Translations under genes and position numbers: made by a program
From: a bacterium
Lineage (GTDB): Bacteria > Patescibacteriota > Minisyncoccia > Phycocordibacterales > Zambryskibacteraceae
Direction: 5' to 3'
DNA: 64,000 nucleotides
NCBI GenBank assembly: GCA_030649135.1
Contig: JAUSGI010000004.1
Span: 34,089-98,088, forward strand
Part shown: positions 50,399 through 59,322 of the stretch, one piece after another
How the letters are laid out: every line of letters starts with the position of its first letter
Numbering within the stretch: the first letter of the stretch is position 1
Notes under the pieces: model-generated
Told to the model about the DNA's origin: nothing
The model's database searches: none
The model's input: only the letters and a program-made list of their open reading frames with translations

Positions 50399-50436
50399 CT
50401 TATTCTCCTATTCGAGCGAATTAGAGAATAGATTTG
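50399..50436. promoter_or_regulatory. operator-like inverted repeat copy 3
   Basis: ~50 bp upstream of 49502..50350 start. Confidence 0.45.
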
Positions 50437-50502
50437 TATAAATAGAAAATCGGGTTCCGCGAGGCGCGGAACCCGATTCGAATCGTCGGCCAGTCTTCTA
50501 TG

Positions 50503-50859
50503 CTACAGGACGGTCCACTCGTCTGGGTCGGGCTGCTTGAAGCGCCCAGCGAAAGGGCCATCTGGCCGCCGCATGGCGTGCTGTTTGTGGGGAATGACGT
50601 GTTCCCCAAGCGCGCGAAGAAGCTCGTGCGGGGAACTCGCATACCCGGCGCTGACTTTCCGCTCGAAGCGTCGCCCAAGGTGCAGGACGAATGCTTCGGA
50701 GTTGCCCATCTTGATATCATCGTCCTCTTCCCAGATGAACACTCTTCGCTTTACCGTGGGGTTGCCCGGCACTGGGTCGACACCTACATAGGCATCGACG
50801 ATATACCCCAGTACCTCACCTTTTCCCAACCAATCGTAGAAGCCGATCTCGTTGGCCAT
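50503..50859 (-). CDS. G+C-rich ORFan (118 aa)
   Basis: compositional anomaly; hairpin AAATCGGGTTCCGCG-AGG-CGCGGAACCCGATT downstream. Confidence 0.3.
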   Translation of the reverse strand: MANEIGFYDWLGKGEVLGYIVDAYVGVDPVPGNPTVKRRVFIWEEDDDIKMGNSEAFVLHLGRRFERKVSAGYASSPHELLRALGEHVIPHKQHAMRRPDGPFAGRFKQPDPDEWTVL

Positions 50860-50948
50860 GTGGCCTCCCGGCGCGCCTGAATTTCATTCCTCTCATATTA
50901 TACCATATATCAATATATTATACAAGTAGATAAGGTGCTCATTTTTTA

Positions 50949-51242
50949 GTGATAAGGTATGAGAGGAGGTGTGATATGAGAGATGATATGCGGGTGAGCG
51001 AGTTCAGATTAGATGAAGATTTCGACCGTGACGAGTTCGTAAAGGCGTTCAAGACCTACTTCGAGGGAGGTGATGCCAAAGATCTGGAAGTTGTTCCCGA
51101 CGCGATTTTGTTTTATAAAGGACGAGTGTCGCTTATTCTACTATTCGCACGAATTAGAGATGTAGAGGGGGGGGATTGGGTTGACAATTCAAATAATATA
51201 TCATACACTTTTGAAAGAGCCACATGCGTGGCTATGCTCTAA
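50949..51242 (+). CDS. small hypothetical protein (paralogue of 49172..49447), C-terminal part overwritten by operator-repeat copy 4
   Basis: N-terminal 60 aa alignable to 49172 product; repeat copy at 51132..51160 lies inside the reading frame. Confidence 0.3.
   Translation: MIRYERRCDMRDDMRVSEFRLDEDFDRDEFVKAFKTYFEGGDAKDLEVVPDAILFYKGRVSLILLFARIRDVEGGDWVDNSNNISYTFERATCVAML
51132..51160. promoter_or_regulatory. operator-like inverted repeat copy 4 (variant core ATTCGCACGAAT)
   Basis: sequence match to copies 1-3. Confidence 0.4.
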
Positions 51243-51270
51243 ACCCGAAACCACTTAATGAGGGAGGCAG

Positions 51271-51951
51271 ATGATGGTAATCAGGGGAGGCATCCCCGCG
51301 ATCGTGCGAAACGATGCTGGTTGCTACGAAGGCAACCTAGTGTCGTACTTCCAGATCCTCTGGAACCACGCACAGAACCTCAACAACCCGTACCACAACT
51401 TCCGGCACATCTGCCACGTCCTGTGGTTGTGCCACGAGGCGTGCCTGTACTACACGAAGTACTACCCGAGCGAGCTGACATTGCGGCAGAAGAGGAATCT
51501 ACTCATCGCAGCGCTTTTCCACGACTTCGATCACACCGGCAAGTCGGGACCCGACTGGATGAACATCGCGATAGCGATGAGGGCCATCGATCGGTTCCTT
51601 CTGCCGGAGGACCGTCCGTACCGCATGGACATCTCCCGTCTGGTTTCCTTCACGGAGTATCCGTACGCCGTGGGTCCAGAGGATCTCGACCTCTCGGCAC
51701 TCATCCTCCGCGATGCGGACATGGGCCAGGCGTTCAGCGTGGCCTGGATCCAGCAGGTCATCTTCGGTCTTGCTGCCGAGTGGGGCAAGACTCCGCTCGA
51801 GGTGGTCAAGATGCAAGGGCCGTTCCACGAGAAGGTTCGTTTCCACACCAAGTGGGGGCAGAAGATGTTCCCCGCTTCGGATGTGAGAACGAAGATCAAT
51901 GAGGCCACTGAGCTTCTCGAACTGCTCACCACCGAACCCGTTCTGGCCTGA
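51271..51951 (+). CDS. G+C-rich HD-domain phosphohydrolase-like protein
   Basis: H...H (FRHICH), HD (FHDFDH), distal D (RDAD) spacing typical of HD superfamily. Confidence 0.45.
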   Translation: MMVIRGGIPAIVRNDAGCYEGNLVSYFQILWNHAQNLNNPYHNFRHICHVLWLCHEACLYYTKYYPSELTLRQKRNLLIAALFHDFDHTGKSGPDWMNIAIAMRAIDRFLLPEDRPYRMDISRLVSFTEYPYAVGPEDLDLSALILRDADMGQAFSVAWIQQVIFGLAAEWGKTPLEVVKMQGPFHEKVRFHTKWGQKMFPASDVRTKINEATELLELLTTEPVLA

Positions 51952-51955
51952 GACA

Positions 51956-52009
51956 TCGCCCCGCCTGATGAATCGCCCCGCGGCTCATCAGGCGGGGCGA
52001 TTTTATTTT
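51956..52009 (+). terminator. rho-independent terminator
   Basis: long GC hairpin CGCCCCGCCTGATGA...TCATCAGGCGGGGCG + TTTTATTTT. Confidence 0.55.
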
Positions 52010-52019
52010 ATAGAGAGTA

Positions 52020-52049
52020 GGGTTTGTAAGTGCCCCAAATTTGTGGGAT
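52020..52049 (+). promoter_or_regulatory. conserved TTTGT-N12-TTTGTGGGAT element, copy 1 (upstream of dinB); extended -10 TGTATAAT at 52076..52083
   Basis: three co-oriented copies (52020, 53323, 54521), each immediately 5' of a gene. Confidence 0.45.
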
Positions 52050-52089
52050 AGGGTCGGAACAGGAATATAGTCCGCTGTATAATGCTCGG

Positions 52090-53322
52090 ATGGCGCGAGA
52101 AAAGACCATTTTACATATGGATGGAGATGCCTTCTTCGTCGCCTGTGAGGTCTCGAAGAATCCCAAGCTCAAGGGTAAAGCAGTGGTGACAGGCGAGGAG
52201 CGCGGGATAGTCTCGGCCCTCTCATACGAAGCGAAGGCGCTTGGGGTAGTTAGAGGCATGCCGATATTTTCCTTGCGCAAATCGTTTCCAAGTGTCTTAG
52301 TGCTGCCGGGAGATTATGCTTGTTACGCGCGACTCTCGGGAGAAATGTTTGACATCGTGAGGAGGTATGCCGACGAGGTCGAGGAGTACAGTATCGATGA
52401 GTGTTTCGCCGATCTCTCCGGCCTAGATAAGCCGCTTAAAATGAGTTATAGAGAAATTGCGGAGCGGATAAAGAAAGAAATCGAAAGCGAACTTAGACTC
52501 TCTGTCTCTATCGGGCTCGGGCCCTCAAAGGGGCTCGCCAAGGTGGCGTCGAAGTGGCAGAAGCCCAATGGTCTTACAGTGATAGAAGCAAAGACGGCCC
52601 CAGATTTTCTCAAAAAGACTCCGATTGAGAAAATCTGGGGCATCGGCCCGCGCACAGCAGAGTTTCTAAAGAAGAAAGGAATAGGAACTGCCGGCGAGTT
52701 CGCCTCGCGTGAACTCGCCTGGGTCAGAAAGGAACTTTCCAAACCTTACGAAGTTATTTGGAGAGAGCTCAACGGTGAATACATCATGGAGTTAGACCCC
52801 TTGCCGAAGACTGTCTATTCCTCTGTCCAGAAGACAAGGACATTTCACCCGGCGACAGGGGACAAAGTCTTTCTCCTCTCCGAACTTTCTAAGCATGTGG
52901 AAGAAGCGTGCCGCAAGGCGAGGTACTACCACCTCGTACCGAAGAAGTTTTCTTTTTTCCTCAAGAGCCAGAGCTTCAAATATTTCTCTTACAATATAAA
53001 TCTTCCCTCGCCCACTAATGCTCCGGAGACGCTGGTCGCTCTAGTCCGTAAACATTTCAAAGAAGTTTGGAGAGAGGGAATACTCTTCCGTACCACTGGA
53101 GTGGTGTTGCAAGAGCTTGCTCCGAGAGCGGCAATGCAGGGAGATTTGTTCGGAGGCTCCGATAGAGCCGGTAAGTTTGAAAAGATTCATGGTCAGATCG
53201 ACGCTCTGGAAGAGAAGTTCGGCAAGTCGGTAGTCTATCTCGCCTCCACTCACCAGTCCCTGAAGCGTAAAAAGGTCGGCACCGACTCCGACGACCTCGA
53301 CCGCAACCTGCTGTTTTTGTGA
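52090..53322 (+). CDS. dinB: DNA polymerase IV (Y-family, DinB)
   Basis: HMDGDAFFVACE N-term (catalytic D..D/F), SIDE motif (YSIDECFADL), little-finger domain; start set at MAREKT. Confidence 0.85.
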   Translation: MAREKTILHMDGDAFFVACEVSKNPKLKGKAVVTGEERGIVSALSYEAKALGVVRGMPIFSLRKSFPSVLVLPGDYACYARLSGEMFDIVRRYADEVEEYSIDECFADLSGLDKPLKMSYREIAERIKKEIESELRLSVSIGLGPSKGLAKVASKWQKPNGLTVIEAKTAPDFLKKTPIEKIWGIGPRTAEFLKKKGIGTAGEFASRELAWVRKELSKPYEVIWRELNGEYIMELDPLPKTVYSSVQKTRTFHPATGDKVFLLSELSKHVEEACRKARYYHLVPKKFSFFLKSQSFKYFSYNINLPSPTNAPETLVALVRKHFKEVWREGILFRTTGVVLQELAPRAAMQGDLFGGSDRAGKFEKIHGQIDALEEKFGKSVVYLASTHQSLKRKKVGTDSDDLDRNLLFL

Positions 53323-53352
53323 GGGTTTGTTTTAAGCCAAAATTTGTGGGAT
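53323..53352 (+). promoter_or_regulatory. conserved TTTGT-N12-TTTGTGGGAT element, copy 2 (upstream of ATPase gene)
   Basis: see copy 1. Confidence 0.45.
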
Positions 53353-53372
53353 TATTTTGTGCAAGTATATTT

Positions 53373-54518
53373 ATGGATGTAGAAATAAAGAAACAACCAA
53401 AAACCAGCATTACTGAGGATATTGATTGTGTAATTAAGCTTGAGCCACTTACAATTTTTGCTGGGAATAATAATTCAGGTAAGACTCATTTGATTAACGC
53501 TATAGGGAAAAAACTGTCTGAGAATGACATAAATGTTGTGCATATCCCAAGTGAGAGGATACTTGTAGAGAATGAATTGAAGACAGGAGCAGAAAAGGAT
53601 CCATTAAGAGCGGCTCTCGGTGATTTGATTGAGTTTGCTTTTGATGCCGACAGTTCAATCTCTAGTGATGTTTCTGATATCTCAGTAATACTTCCTGCTG
53701 AATTTATACAATATGGTATTGAGAATATAGATATTTCGGTAAAGACAAACACTCTCACTAACGATGAATATAAAAAAGCTTTAAAAGATGCTCACATAAA
53801 AAAGCTTATCGATTCCATAGTTATATCTGACAAATACTGTGGAGTTGAGGACATAAGTCCATCAAATGTGGGTCAAGGAACACAAAGAATGATTGTCGTT
53901 TCTCTAATTAGATATCTACAGCGTAAAAAATTTGAGAAGGATGGTCGAACAAGTAAACCAACATATATTATTTTTGAAGAACCAGAGATATACCTTCACC
54001 CAAAAATGAAGGCAACCTTGTATGCACTAATTCAAGCCATAGCTAATGATGGAAGATTGAATACTAAAGTTATCTTAACTACCCACGACCCATACTTTAT
54101 TGATATGGGTAGAAATGCAAAAATTTATCGGGTCTTTAGGGATCCTTTGAAGAATTTTTCTACACAATTAATGGATGTACAAAAAGACGTATTACTGTAC
54201 CCATCTTCTGCAGAAATAAACTATATTGTATTTGAGCAGGTTAGCCCTACTTATTTACTTGAATTGTATGAAAGTAAAAAACAAGAAACTGAATTAAAGC
54301 TTGGAAAGAAGTTGGGAGGTCTTAAGTATTATGAATTCGATCTAGCTTTATTTAATAAAATTGGAGAACCTCAATCTTCTACTGATGATGATGGACATCC
54401 CGTTACGTTTATAACTCGGATAAGGCATGATATGGCACACCCCTCTACCTCCATATTAGATTCTTTTGAGTCTAGAGGAAAGGAAGCTATTGAAAAATTA
54501 AGAAATTACAAAGCTTAA
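53373..54518 (+). CDS. ABC/SMC-type (AAA_21/OLD-like) ATPase
   Basis: Walker A GNNNSGKT, Walker B IIFEEPEIYLHP, H-loop ILTTHDPYF; start reset to MDVEIKK (ORF track 53319 would overlap dinB stop and the repeat element). Confidence 0.7.
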   Translation: MDVEIKKQPKTSITEDIDCVIKLEPLTIFAGNNNSGKTHLINAIGKKLSENDINVVHIPSERILVENELKTGAEKDPLRAALGDLIEFAFDADSSISSDVSDISVILPAEFIQYGIENIDISVKTNTLTNDEYKKALKDAHIKKLIDSIVISDKYCGVEDISPSNVGQGTQRMIVVSLIRYLQRKKFEKDGRTSKPTYIIFEEPEIYLHPKMKATLYALIQAIANDGRLNTKVILTTHDPYFIDMGRNAKIYRVFRDPLKNFSTQLMDVQKDVLLYPSSAEINYIVFEQVSPTYLLELYESKKQETELKLGKKLGGLKYYEFDLALFNKIGEPQSSTDDDGHPVTFITRIRHDMAHPSTSILDSFESRGKEAIEKLRNYKA

Positions 54519-54520
54519 AT

Positions 54521-54550
54521 CTGTTTGTAAAACTCTAAAATTTGTGGGAT
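54521..54550 (+). promoter_or_regulatory. conserved TTTGT-N12-TTTGTGGGAT element, copy 3 (upstream of HNH gene, followed by RBS GGAGG)
   Basis: see copy 1. Confidence 0.45.
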
Positions 54551-54565
54551 ATTTGGAGGACAAAC

Positions 54566-55753
54566 ATGGAAGATGAAATAAAGCGATATTTTGAGGGCAT
54601 AGATCTTGATATTCGGAAGCAATCTCGGGGCTATTCACGCTTCATGGATCAGAAAGTTGCTCCAGATGTCCTGTCTTTTATTGCTGATTCTGTAGTCAAT
54701 TCTATGGATGGAAAGGAGCCTGGTACCACCTTTACCATTGGTGATGTATGGGAGTTTCCTTACTTTGTAAAAAATACAGAAGCTGTATTCGGGAAACCCT
54801 CTCCAGAAAATGAAACCACGGAATCTGAGTATGATAAATTTATCGCCCAGCCCTTAAAAACCCTTGCTTTTGCTAAGATTCTGGAAGAAGAAAAAGTTGG
54901 AGGGAAAAATACATATAAGGTTCTAAGGCCCGATATTTTGGAGTATATTTCTCAAAGCGAGAAAAACGCCTTTATATTTTTAGTCCTCTATATTGAAAAG
55001 GTTTTATCTGACAGTGGATTCATAAAAAACTTCGAGGAATATAGGGAAAAGGCGCAGTCAAATAAACTAAAACCAGAAGATCTTGAAATATTAAAAAAAA
55101 GATTCCAAAAATTCATTTTGGGCAATACCAATATAAATGGCGTAATAGAAATAAATAGAGTATTTCCGAAAGTTCTAAATCCTTATGCAGCTTCACATCA
55201 AATTCCAGGAATAGAAAGGGGGCACATAACTTCTGGTAGATTTATTTACCCAGATCTCATGTATAACCGAGAAAATTTTAGGGACATTGGAAAAGACAAG
55301 ACTGTAAGTAGACAAGAAGCGTTAAGAGAAATTACTCAGCAGCCAGAAGTTGTTGAATATCGAGTTCAAAAAGCAAAAAGTATTATACGGCGCCATCATT
55401 CAAGTAGTGAGGTTAAGGATAGCTTGGCAGTAGGCGAAGCGACTCAGGTTCATCATATTTTTTCAGACCATGAATTTCCTGAAATATCTGATTATATTGA
55501 AAACCTTATTTTACTAACACCTCAGCAGCACAACACAAGAGCTCATCCAAAAAATAAAACAAATACCGTTGACGCAGAGTATCAAAGGGAATGCTTGTTA
55601 TCTAAAATTGATTCGATTGAGATGTCCGTAAGTAAGCGAGACAGCCTGTATTCTAAGGAAAGATTTATACACGTTGTGAATATTGGCTATGAACTTGATC
55701 TCTCGACAAATACTAGTTTTGAAGAATTGAGAGATATTATTCGAAAGAGATAG
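54566..55753 (+). CDS. HNH endonuclease-domain protein (C-terminal HNH, ~280-aa unknown N-terminal region)
   Basis: VHHIFSDHEFPE...ENLILLTPQQHNTRAH: H-N-H spacing; start reset to MEDEIKRYF after RBS. Confidence 0.6.
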   Translation: MEDEIKRYFEGIDLDIRKQSRGYSRFMDQKVAPDVLSFIADSVVNSMDGKEPGTTFTIGDVWEFPYFVKNTEAVFGKPSPENETTESEYDKFIAQPLKTLAFAKILEEEKVGGKNTYKVLRPDILEYISQSEKNAFIFLVLYIEKVLSDSGFIKNFEEYREKAQSNKLKPEDLEILKKRFQKFILGNTNINGVIEINRVFPKVLNPYAASHQIPGIERGHITSGRFIYPDLMYNRENFRDIGKDKTVSRQEALREITQQPEVVEYRVQKAKSIIRRHHSSSEVKDSLAVGEATQVHHIFSDHEFPEISDYIENLILLTPQQHNTRAHPKNKTNTVDAEYQRECLLSKIDSIEMSVSKRDSLYSKERFIHVVNIGYELDLSTNTSFEELRDIIRKR

Positions 55754-55757
55754 TTTT

Positions 55758-58277
55758 CTAGCGATTTATGCCAAAAAAGAATACTGAATTATTGTCGATG
55801 TTTAAAGATCTGGTACCGTGATTCCTTGCTACTCGATAAAATTGGGTGAATTCGTCTGTTCCAAAATAATCAAGGTCTTTTAGAGTTATCTTAGCTCCGG
55901 GTTCTTTTAGGGTGAGGATTGCCACAGACCCATCAACAAGCGTGTTCTCTGGTAAAAATGAAGCTCTGGGAGCATAGGTCAGGTTTGGCACCAAGACGCT
56001 ATTTTCTTTATTCCAAAACTTAGAGATTGATAACCCGTCTAACGAATCAACATAAGAGTCATAATTTGGAATGTTCAGGATCTCATTTCGTCCGATATTT
56101 CTTGATTTCAATATTCTTATTTTCCCCTTGTTTTTTGTTATCTTTTTTGTAATTTGTCGATCTCTGTAAGATGTAAATATATTGAATCGAAGTTTTTTTG
56201 CAACGAAGTCAAAGAATTCATTTCTGTACACCAACCAGTAAGGAAAATCTTTCGAACAAATATAAGATTGATCTTTATAACCAATTTCGTTTTTTACATA
56301 AGACTCAACGAGAGTCCGGGCCCCTTTATTACGAGTATTGATAATCAAACTGATTGTCTCAATCTTCACACCCCTGAACCCTTTTTCTCCATAGTCTGTG
56401 ATTTTTTCAATGGCAAATGACGAAGCAAGTTCTCTTGTTTTGTTAAATTCGGGTGCTGATAGAAAACTTTTGGGAATAATAAGACCTACGGTATCTCCTT
56501 GTTGCATTGCTTTCTCGAGAAAAAAAGAAAATAGATTATTTGTTTCGGCATTATATTTATTCTTCTTATAAGTGTTTAGGAGAACTTTATTTTCAGATAT
56601 ATCTCCGAATGGTGGATTGCCAATAACGATATCGTATCTTTTAGATTGGCCAAATAAATTAGTCTCTCCATGCAATAGAAAATCTGCGTTAATTAAATTG
56701 ATCTTGATATTTTTTGGAACATCAAGTTTTTTTAGTAAAAGTTTAAGAATCTCAATTGCATTTTTGTCGATATCAACTACATCAATAGTTACCTCCTTAA
56801 CTGTTTTATATTTTTGAACAAGAAGCGGGAGAAAATTACCAGCACCGACTGATGGTTCTAATATAGAAAGTTTTTCAAACTTTGATACATCAGGAAGATC
56901 TTTTACTATAGTGAAGCAAATGTCCTGTCTGGTGTAATACGCGGCGTGCTGAAGACGTTGGGCATTTGAAAGCTCGACGATTTTAGCTAATTCGGGGTAG
57001 CTAAAATTTTGCATATTCTCTTCGAGAAAAGTCTTAATATTTTCTTCTATATTAAGCCTTTCATCTTGGATTAATTTTTTTATTTGGATTTCATTATTTT
57101 CAACATTTCTAAGCTTTGACTTGATATTTTTAGCTATACCGTTGAATATAATTGTGGGGACTGCCTCACCTAGTGATTGTCTTATATTTATCTCTTCTTT
57201 CTTGAGAATTTTCCTCTTTTCTTCATTTGACAACTTATTTAATTCATCAAGCGGAGTAGATACCCAATTAAAAGAATCTGGTACGGACATCATTCTCATT
57301 AACTCTCTAATACTAAATACCCTGTTATCTTTTGGATGAATGGTTGCTTGGCTCGCAAATATATCGTTTCGGGTATGTATACAAGGAGCAACTTTATCCC
57401 AATAACATCGTGAGTATTTATCTCCGTTCTTGTTTTCATTGTGTACAATCTTTCCGTTTATGATTTGGTGAGGTCGCTTTTTGGCATCAGTATTATCAAA
57501 CGCAGATTGTCCCTCCTTGGTATTCTCAATCCAAGAAAGCATATGCTCAGCGTACGGACGAAAATTGTGATAGATGTCCTTTTTATCAATCTCACCCATA
57601 TTTTTAAGAGATGAAAGGTTGCCTATCGTATCACGCAAGGTACCACCATCTTTCAATACTGGCATTAGATCAAGAGGTGTAACTTCTTGAATATCTTTTC
57701 GTACTCCTATAACGAGTGTTCGGGTTCTACTCGATGGATTACCATAATCTTTGAAATTGATTACTTGATAGTGGATGTTATATTTACCTCCAAGATTTAC
57801 TTCAATTGCTTCACGAATTTGTTTTTGTTTCTTATCGATGTCAGTGCAGAGTGTAGATAGAAAAGCCCTCACATTCTCAAATATAAAAACTTTCGGTCTA
57901 ATTTCATCTACAATTTTTATTGATTCAACGACAAGAGAATTTCGTTCAAGCTCATCCCTTTTTTTGTGATTGGCTACAGACATACCCTGACATGGGGGTG
58001 TTGCCAATAAAACTTCAACTTCTTTTAAACCTTGCTTTGATTTCCAGAGATCAATTTCTGAAAATATTTTTTCTTGAGTGGCTTTTTTTGTGATGTCATC
58101 AGCAATATAACCACTTGGATATAAACACTTATTATTATGTCTTTGCACATCCAAACGTCTGTTCATAAGTTCAACAGTTGCAACACAATCAAATCCTTCT
58201 TTAGAAAAACCATAGCAACCAACGCCGGCGCTACTGAATAAACTTATATATGTTAATTTTTTATTTTGGTTTTTCAT
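55758..58277 (-). CDS. bifunctional DNA methyltransferase: N-terminal C5-cytosine MTase fused to C-terminal gamma-class N6-adenine MTase (Eco57I/TaqI-like)
   Basis: C5 motifs I (LFSSAGVGCYG), IV (PPCQGMS), VI (ENV), VIII (SRTRT), X (GEAVP); then adenine-MTase motif I (LEPSVGAGNFL) and IV (NPPFGD) + TaqI-C-like TRD. Confidence 0.8.
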   Translation of the reverse strand: MKNQNKKLTYISLFSSAGVGCYGFSKEGFDCVATVELMNRRLDVQRHNNKCLYPSGYIADDITKKATQEKIFSEIDLWKSKQGLKEVEVLLATPPCQGMSVANHKKRDELERNSLVVESIKIVDEIRPKVFIFENVRAFLSTLCTDIDKKQKQIREAIEVNLGGKYNIHYQVINFKDYGNPSSRTRTLVIGVRKDIQEVTPLDLMPVLKDGGTLRDTIGNLSSLKNMGEIDKKDIYHNFRPYAEHMLSWIENTKEGQSAFDNTDAKKRPHQIINGKIVHNENKNGDKYSRCYWDKVAPCIHTRNDIFASQATIHPKDNRVFSIRELMRMMSVPDSFNWVSTPLDELNKLSNEEKRKILKKEEINIRQSLGEAVPTIIFNGIAKNIKSKLRNVENNEIQIKKLIQDERLNIEENIKTFLEENMQNFSYPELAKIVELSNAQRLQHAAYYTRQDICFTIVKDLPDVSKFEKLSILEPSVGAGNFLPLLVQKYKTVKEVTIDVVDIDKNAIEILKLLLKKLDVPKNIKINLINADFLLHGETNLFGQSKRYDIVIGNPPFGDISENKVLLNTYKKNKYNAETNNLFSFFLEKAMQQGDTVGLIIPKSFLSAPEFNKTRELASSFAIEKITDYGEKGFRGVKIETISLIINTRNKGARTLVESYVKNEIGYKDQSYICSKDFPYWLVYRNEFFDFVAKKLRFNIFTSYRDRQITKKITKNKGKIRILKSRNIGRNEILNIPNYDSYVDSLDGLSISKFWNKENSVLVPNLTYAPRASFLPENTLVDGSVAILTLKEPGAKITLKDLDYFGTDEFTQFYRVARNHGTRSLNIDNNSVFFFGINR

Positions 58278-58281
58278 GAAT

Positions 58282-58896
58282 TTATAGTGTTCTAATTATT
58301 TTTTCTACTATACCCCTAATCTCAACTTGTTTTCGGTAAAAAGGTTTGAGGTTTTTATTTGCAGGCTGTAATCTGATTTTCCCTTTTTCCTTATATATTT
58401 TTTTAAGTGTTACTTGATTGTCGTCAATGATGGCCACGGCAGTTTGTCCATTATCAGCTACGTTTTGAGATCGAATGACAACAATATCTCCATCAAAGAT
58501 TCCATCCTCAATCATACTGTCTCCTTTAACCTGTAGCGCATAGTGTTGAAAAGGTAGTTTGATATCACTTCTCGGGACGGTAATTGTTTTTTCGTTTATT
58601 TCCATTGCTTCAATAGGCTCTCCAGCTGCAATACTACCAAGCAGTGGAATTTCTACGGTCGATTTTTCTTTCATCGTAGAAATAGTTCTTGGTTGATTTT
58701 CTTCTTTTGTGAGTAAACCCTTTTTTTGTAAGTGTTTAATGTGGAAATGGGCTGTTGAGACGGAAGCAAGTTTAAAATTTTGCTGTATTTCTACTAAAGA
58801 GGGAGCATACCCATTCTTTTTTTGTGATTGCTTCACAAAATCTAGAACCATTTTTTGTTTTTTAGTAAGCATAGATATTGACATACTATTTATCAC
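58282..58896 (-). CDS. lexA: LexA repressor (HTH + S24 autopeptidase), translationally coupled to downstream MTase
   Basis: LexA DNA-binding wHTH, Ala-Gly cleavage site (SIAAGEP), catalytic Ser (GDSM) and Lys (TLKK); 4-nt gap to MTase start. Confidence 0.85.
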   Translation of the reverse strand: MINSMSISMLTKKQKMVLDFVKQSQKKNGYAPSLVEIQQNFKLASVSTAHFHIKHLQKKGLLTKEENQPRTISTMKEKSTVEIPLLGSIAAGEPIEAMEINEKTITVPRSDIKLPFQHYALQVKGDSMIEDGIFDGDIVVIRSQNVADNGQTAVAIIDDNQVTLKKIYKEKGKIRLQPANKNLKPFYRKQVEIRGIVEKIIRTL

Positions 58897-58997
58897 GGAG
58901 GTATACTTCCATTATAGAAGGAAAATAGAAGGTCTACAAGACCTACTTATCCACACCTCCTATATAAAGATCGAATTAGTAATAGTTCTAAAAAAAT

Positions 58998-59204
58998 ATG
59001 GCAAAACCTAAATACATAGCAAAGTCTGGTCAGCCTTGGGCTCCAGCTGAAGTAAAACAGTTGAAAAGCATGGGAGGCAGGGTGCCTACTGGCGTTATTG
59101 GTTTGAAACTTCAGAGACCAGTTGCAGGAGTACGGGCAAAAGCTCAAGAAATCGGCATGAGTTTGAAGCCGGTAAATAAATCGCCACGATCAAAGCTTAA
59201 ATAG
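58998..59204 (+). CDS. small basic hypothetical protein (68 aa)
   Basis: divergent from lexA; shares upstream block CTTATCCACACC.CTATAT.AAAGAT with the second lexA copy's divergent region. Confidence 0.3.
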   Translation: MAKPKYIAKSGQPWAPAEVKQLKSMGGRVPTGVIGLKLQRPVAGVRAKAQEIGMSLKPVNKSPRSKLK

Positions 59205-59322
59205 GTAAACCTGAGCAAAAGGAATGGTAGTAAGTCGCAAGAGCGGTTATCGCGGTATAATTTATTTATGTCTGAATATTACAACCAAAACAGAATAGAA
59301 TCTTGGAATTACATATCCTTGT

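Noticed and set aside
48802-51160. Possible CRISPR array (four copies of a ~29-38 bp repeat)
   Set aside because: Copies are ~270, ~1270 and ~700 bp apart with genes between them, and there are no uniform spacers. They are palindromic operator-like sites associated with an ArsR-family gene, not CRISPR repeats.
52030-52089. Upstream extension of dinB (ORF track start 52030)
   Set aside because: Would place the conserved TTTGT element and the extended -10 inside the coding region. The Y-family catalytic N-terminus begins at MAREKT...HMDGDAFF.
53319-53372. Upstream extension of the ATPase gene overlapping the dinB stop
   Set aside because: Contains the conserved repeat element; a Met at 53373 gives a compact N-terminus directly before the Walker A region.
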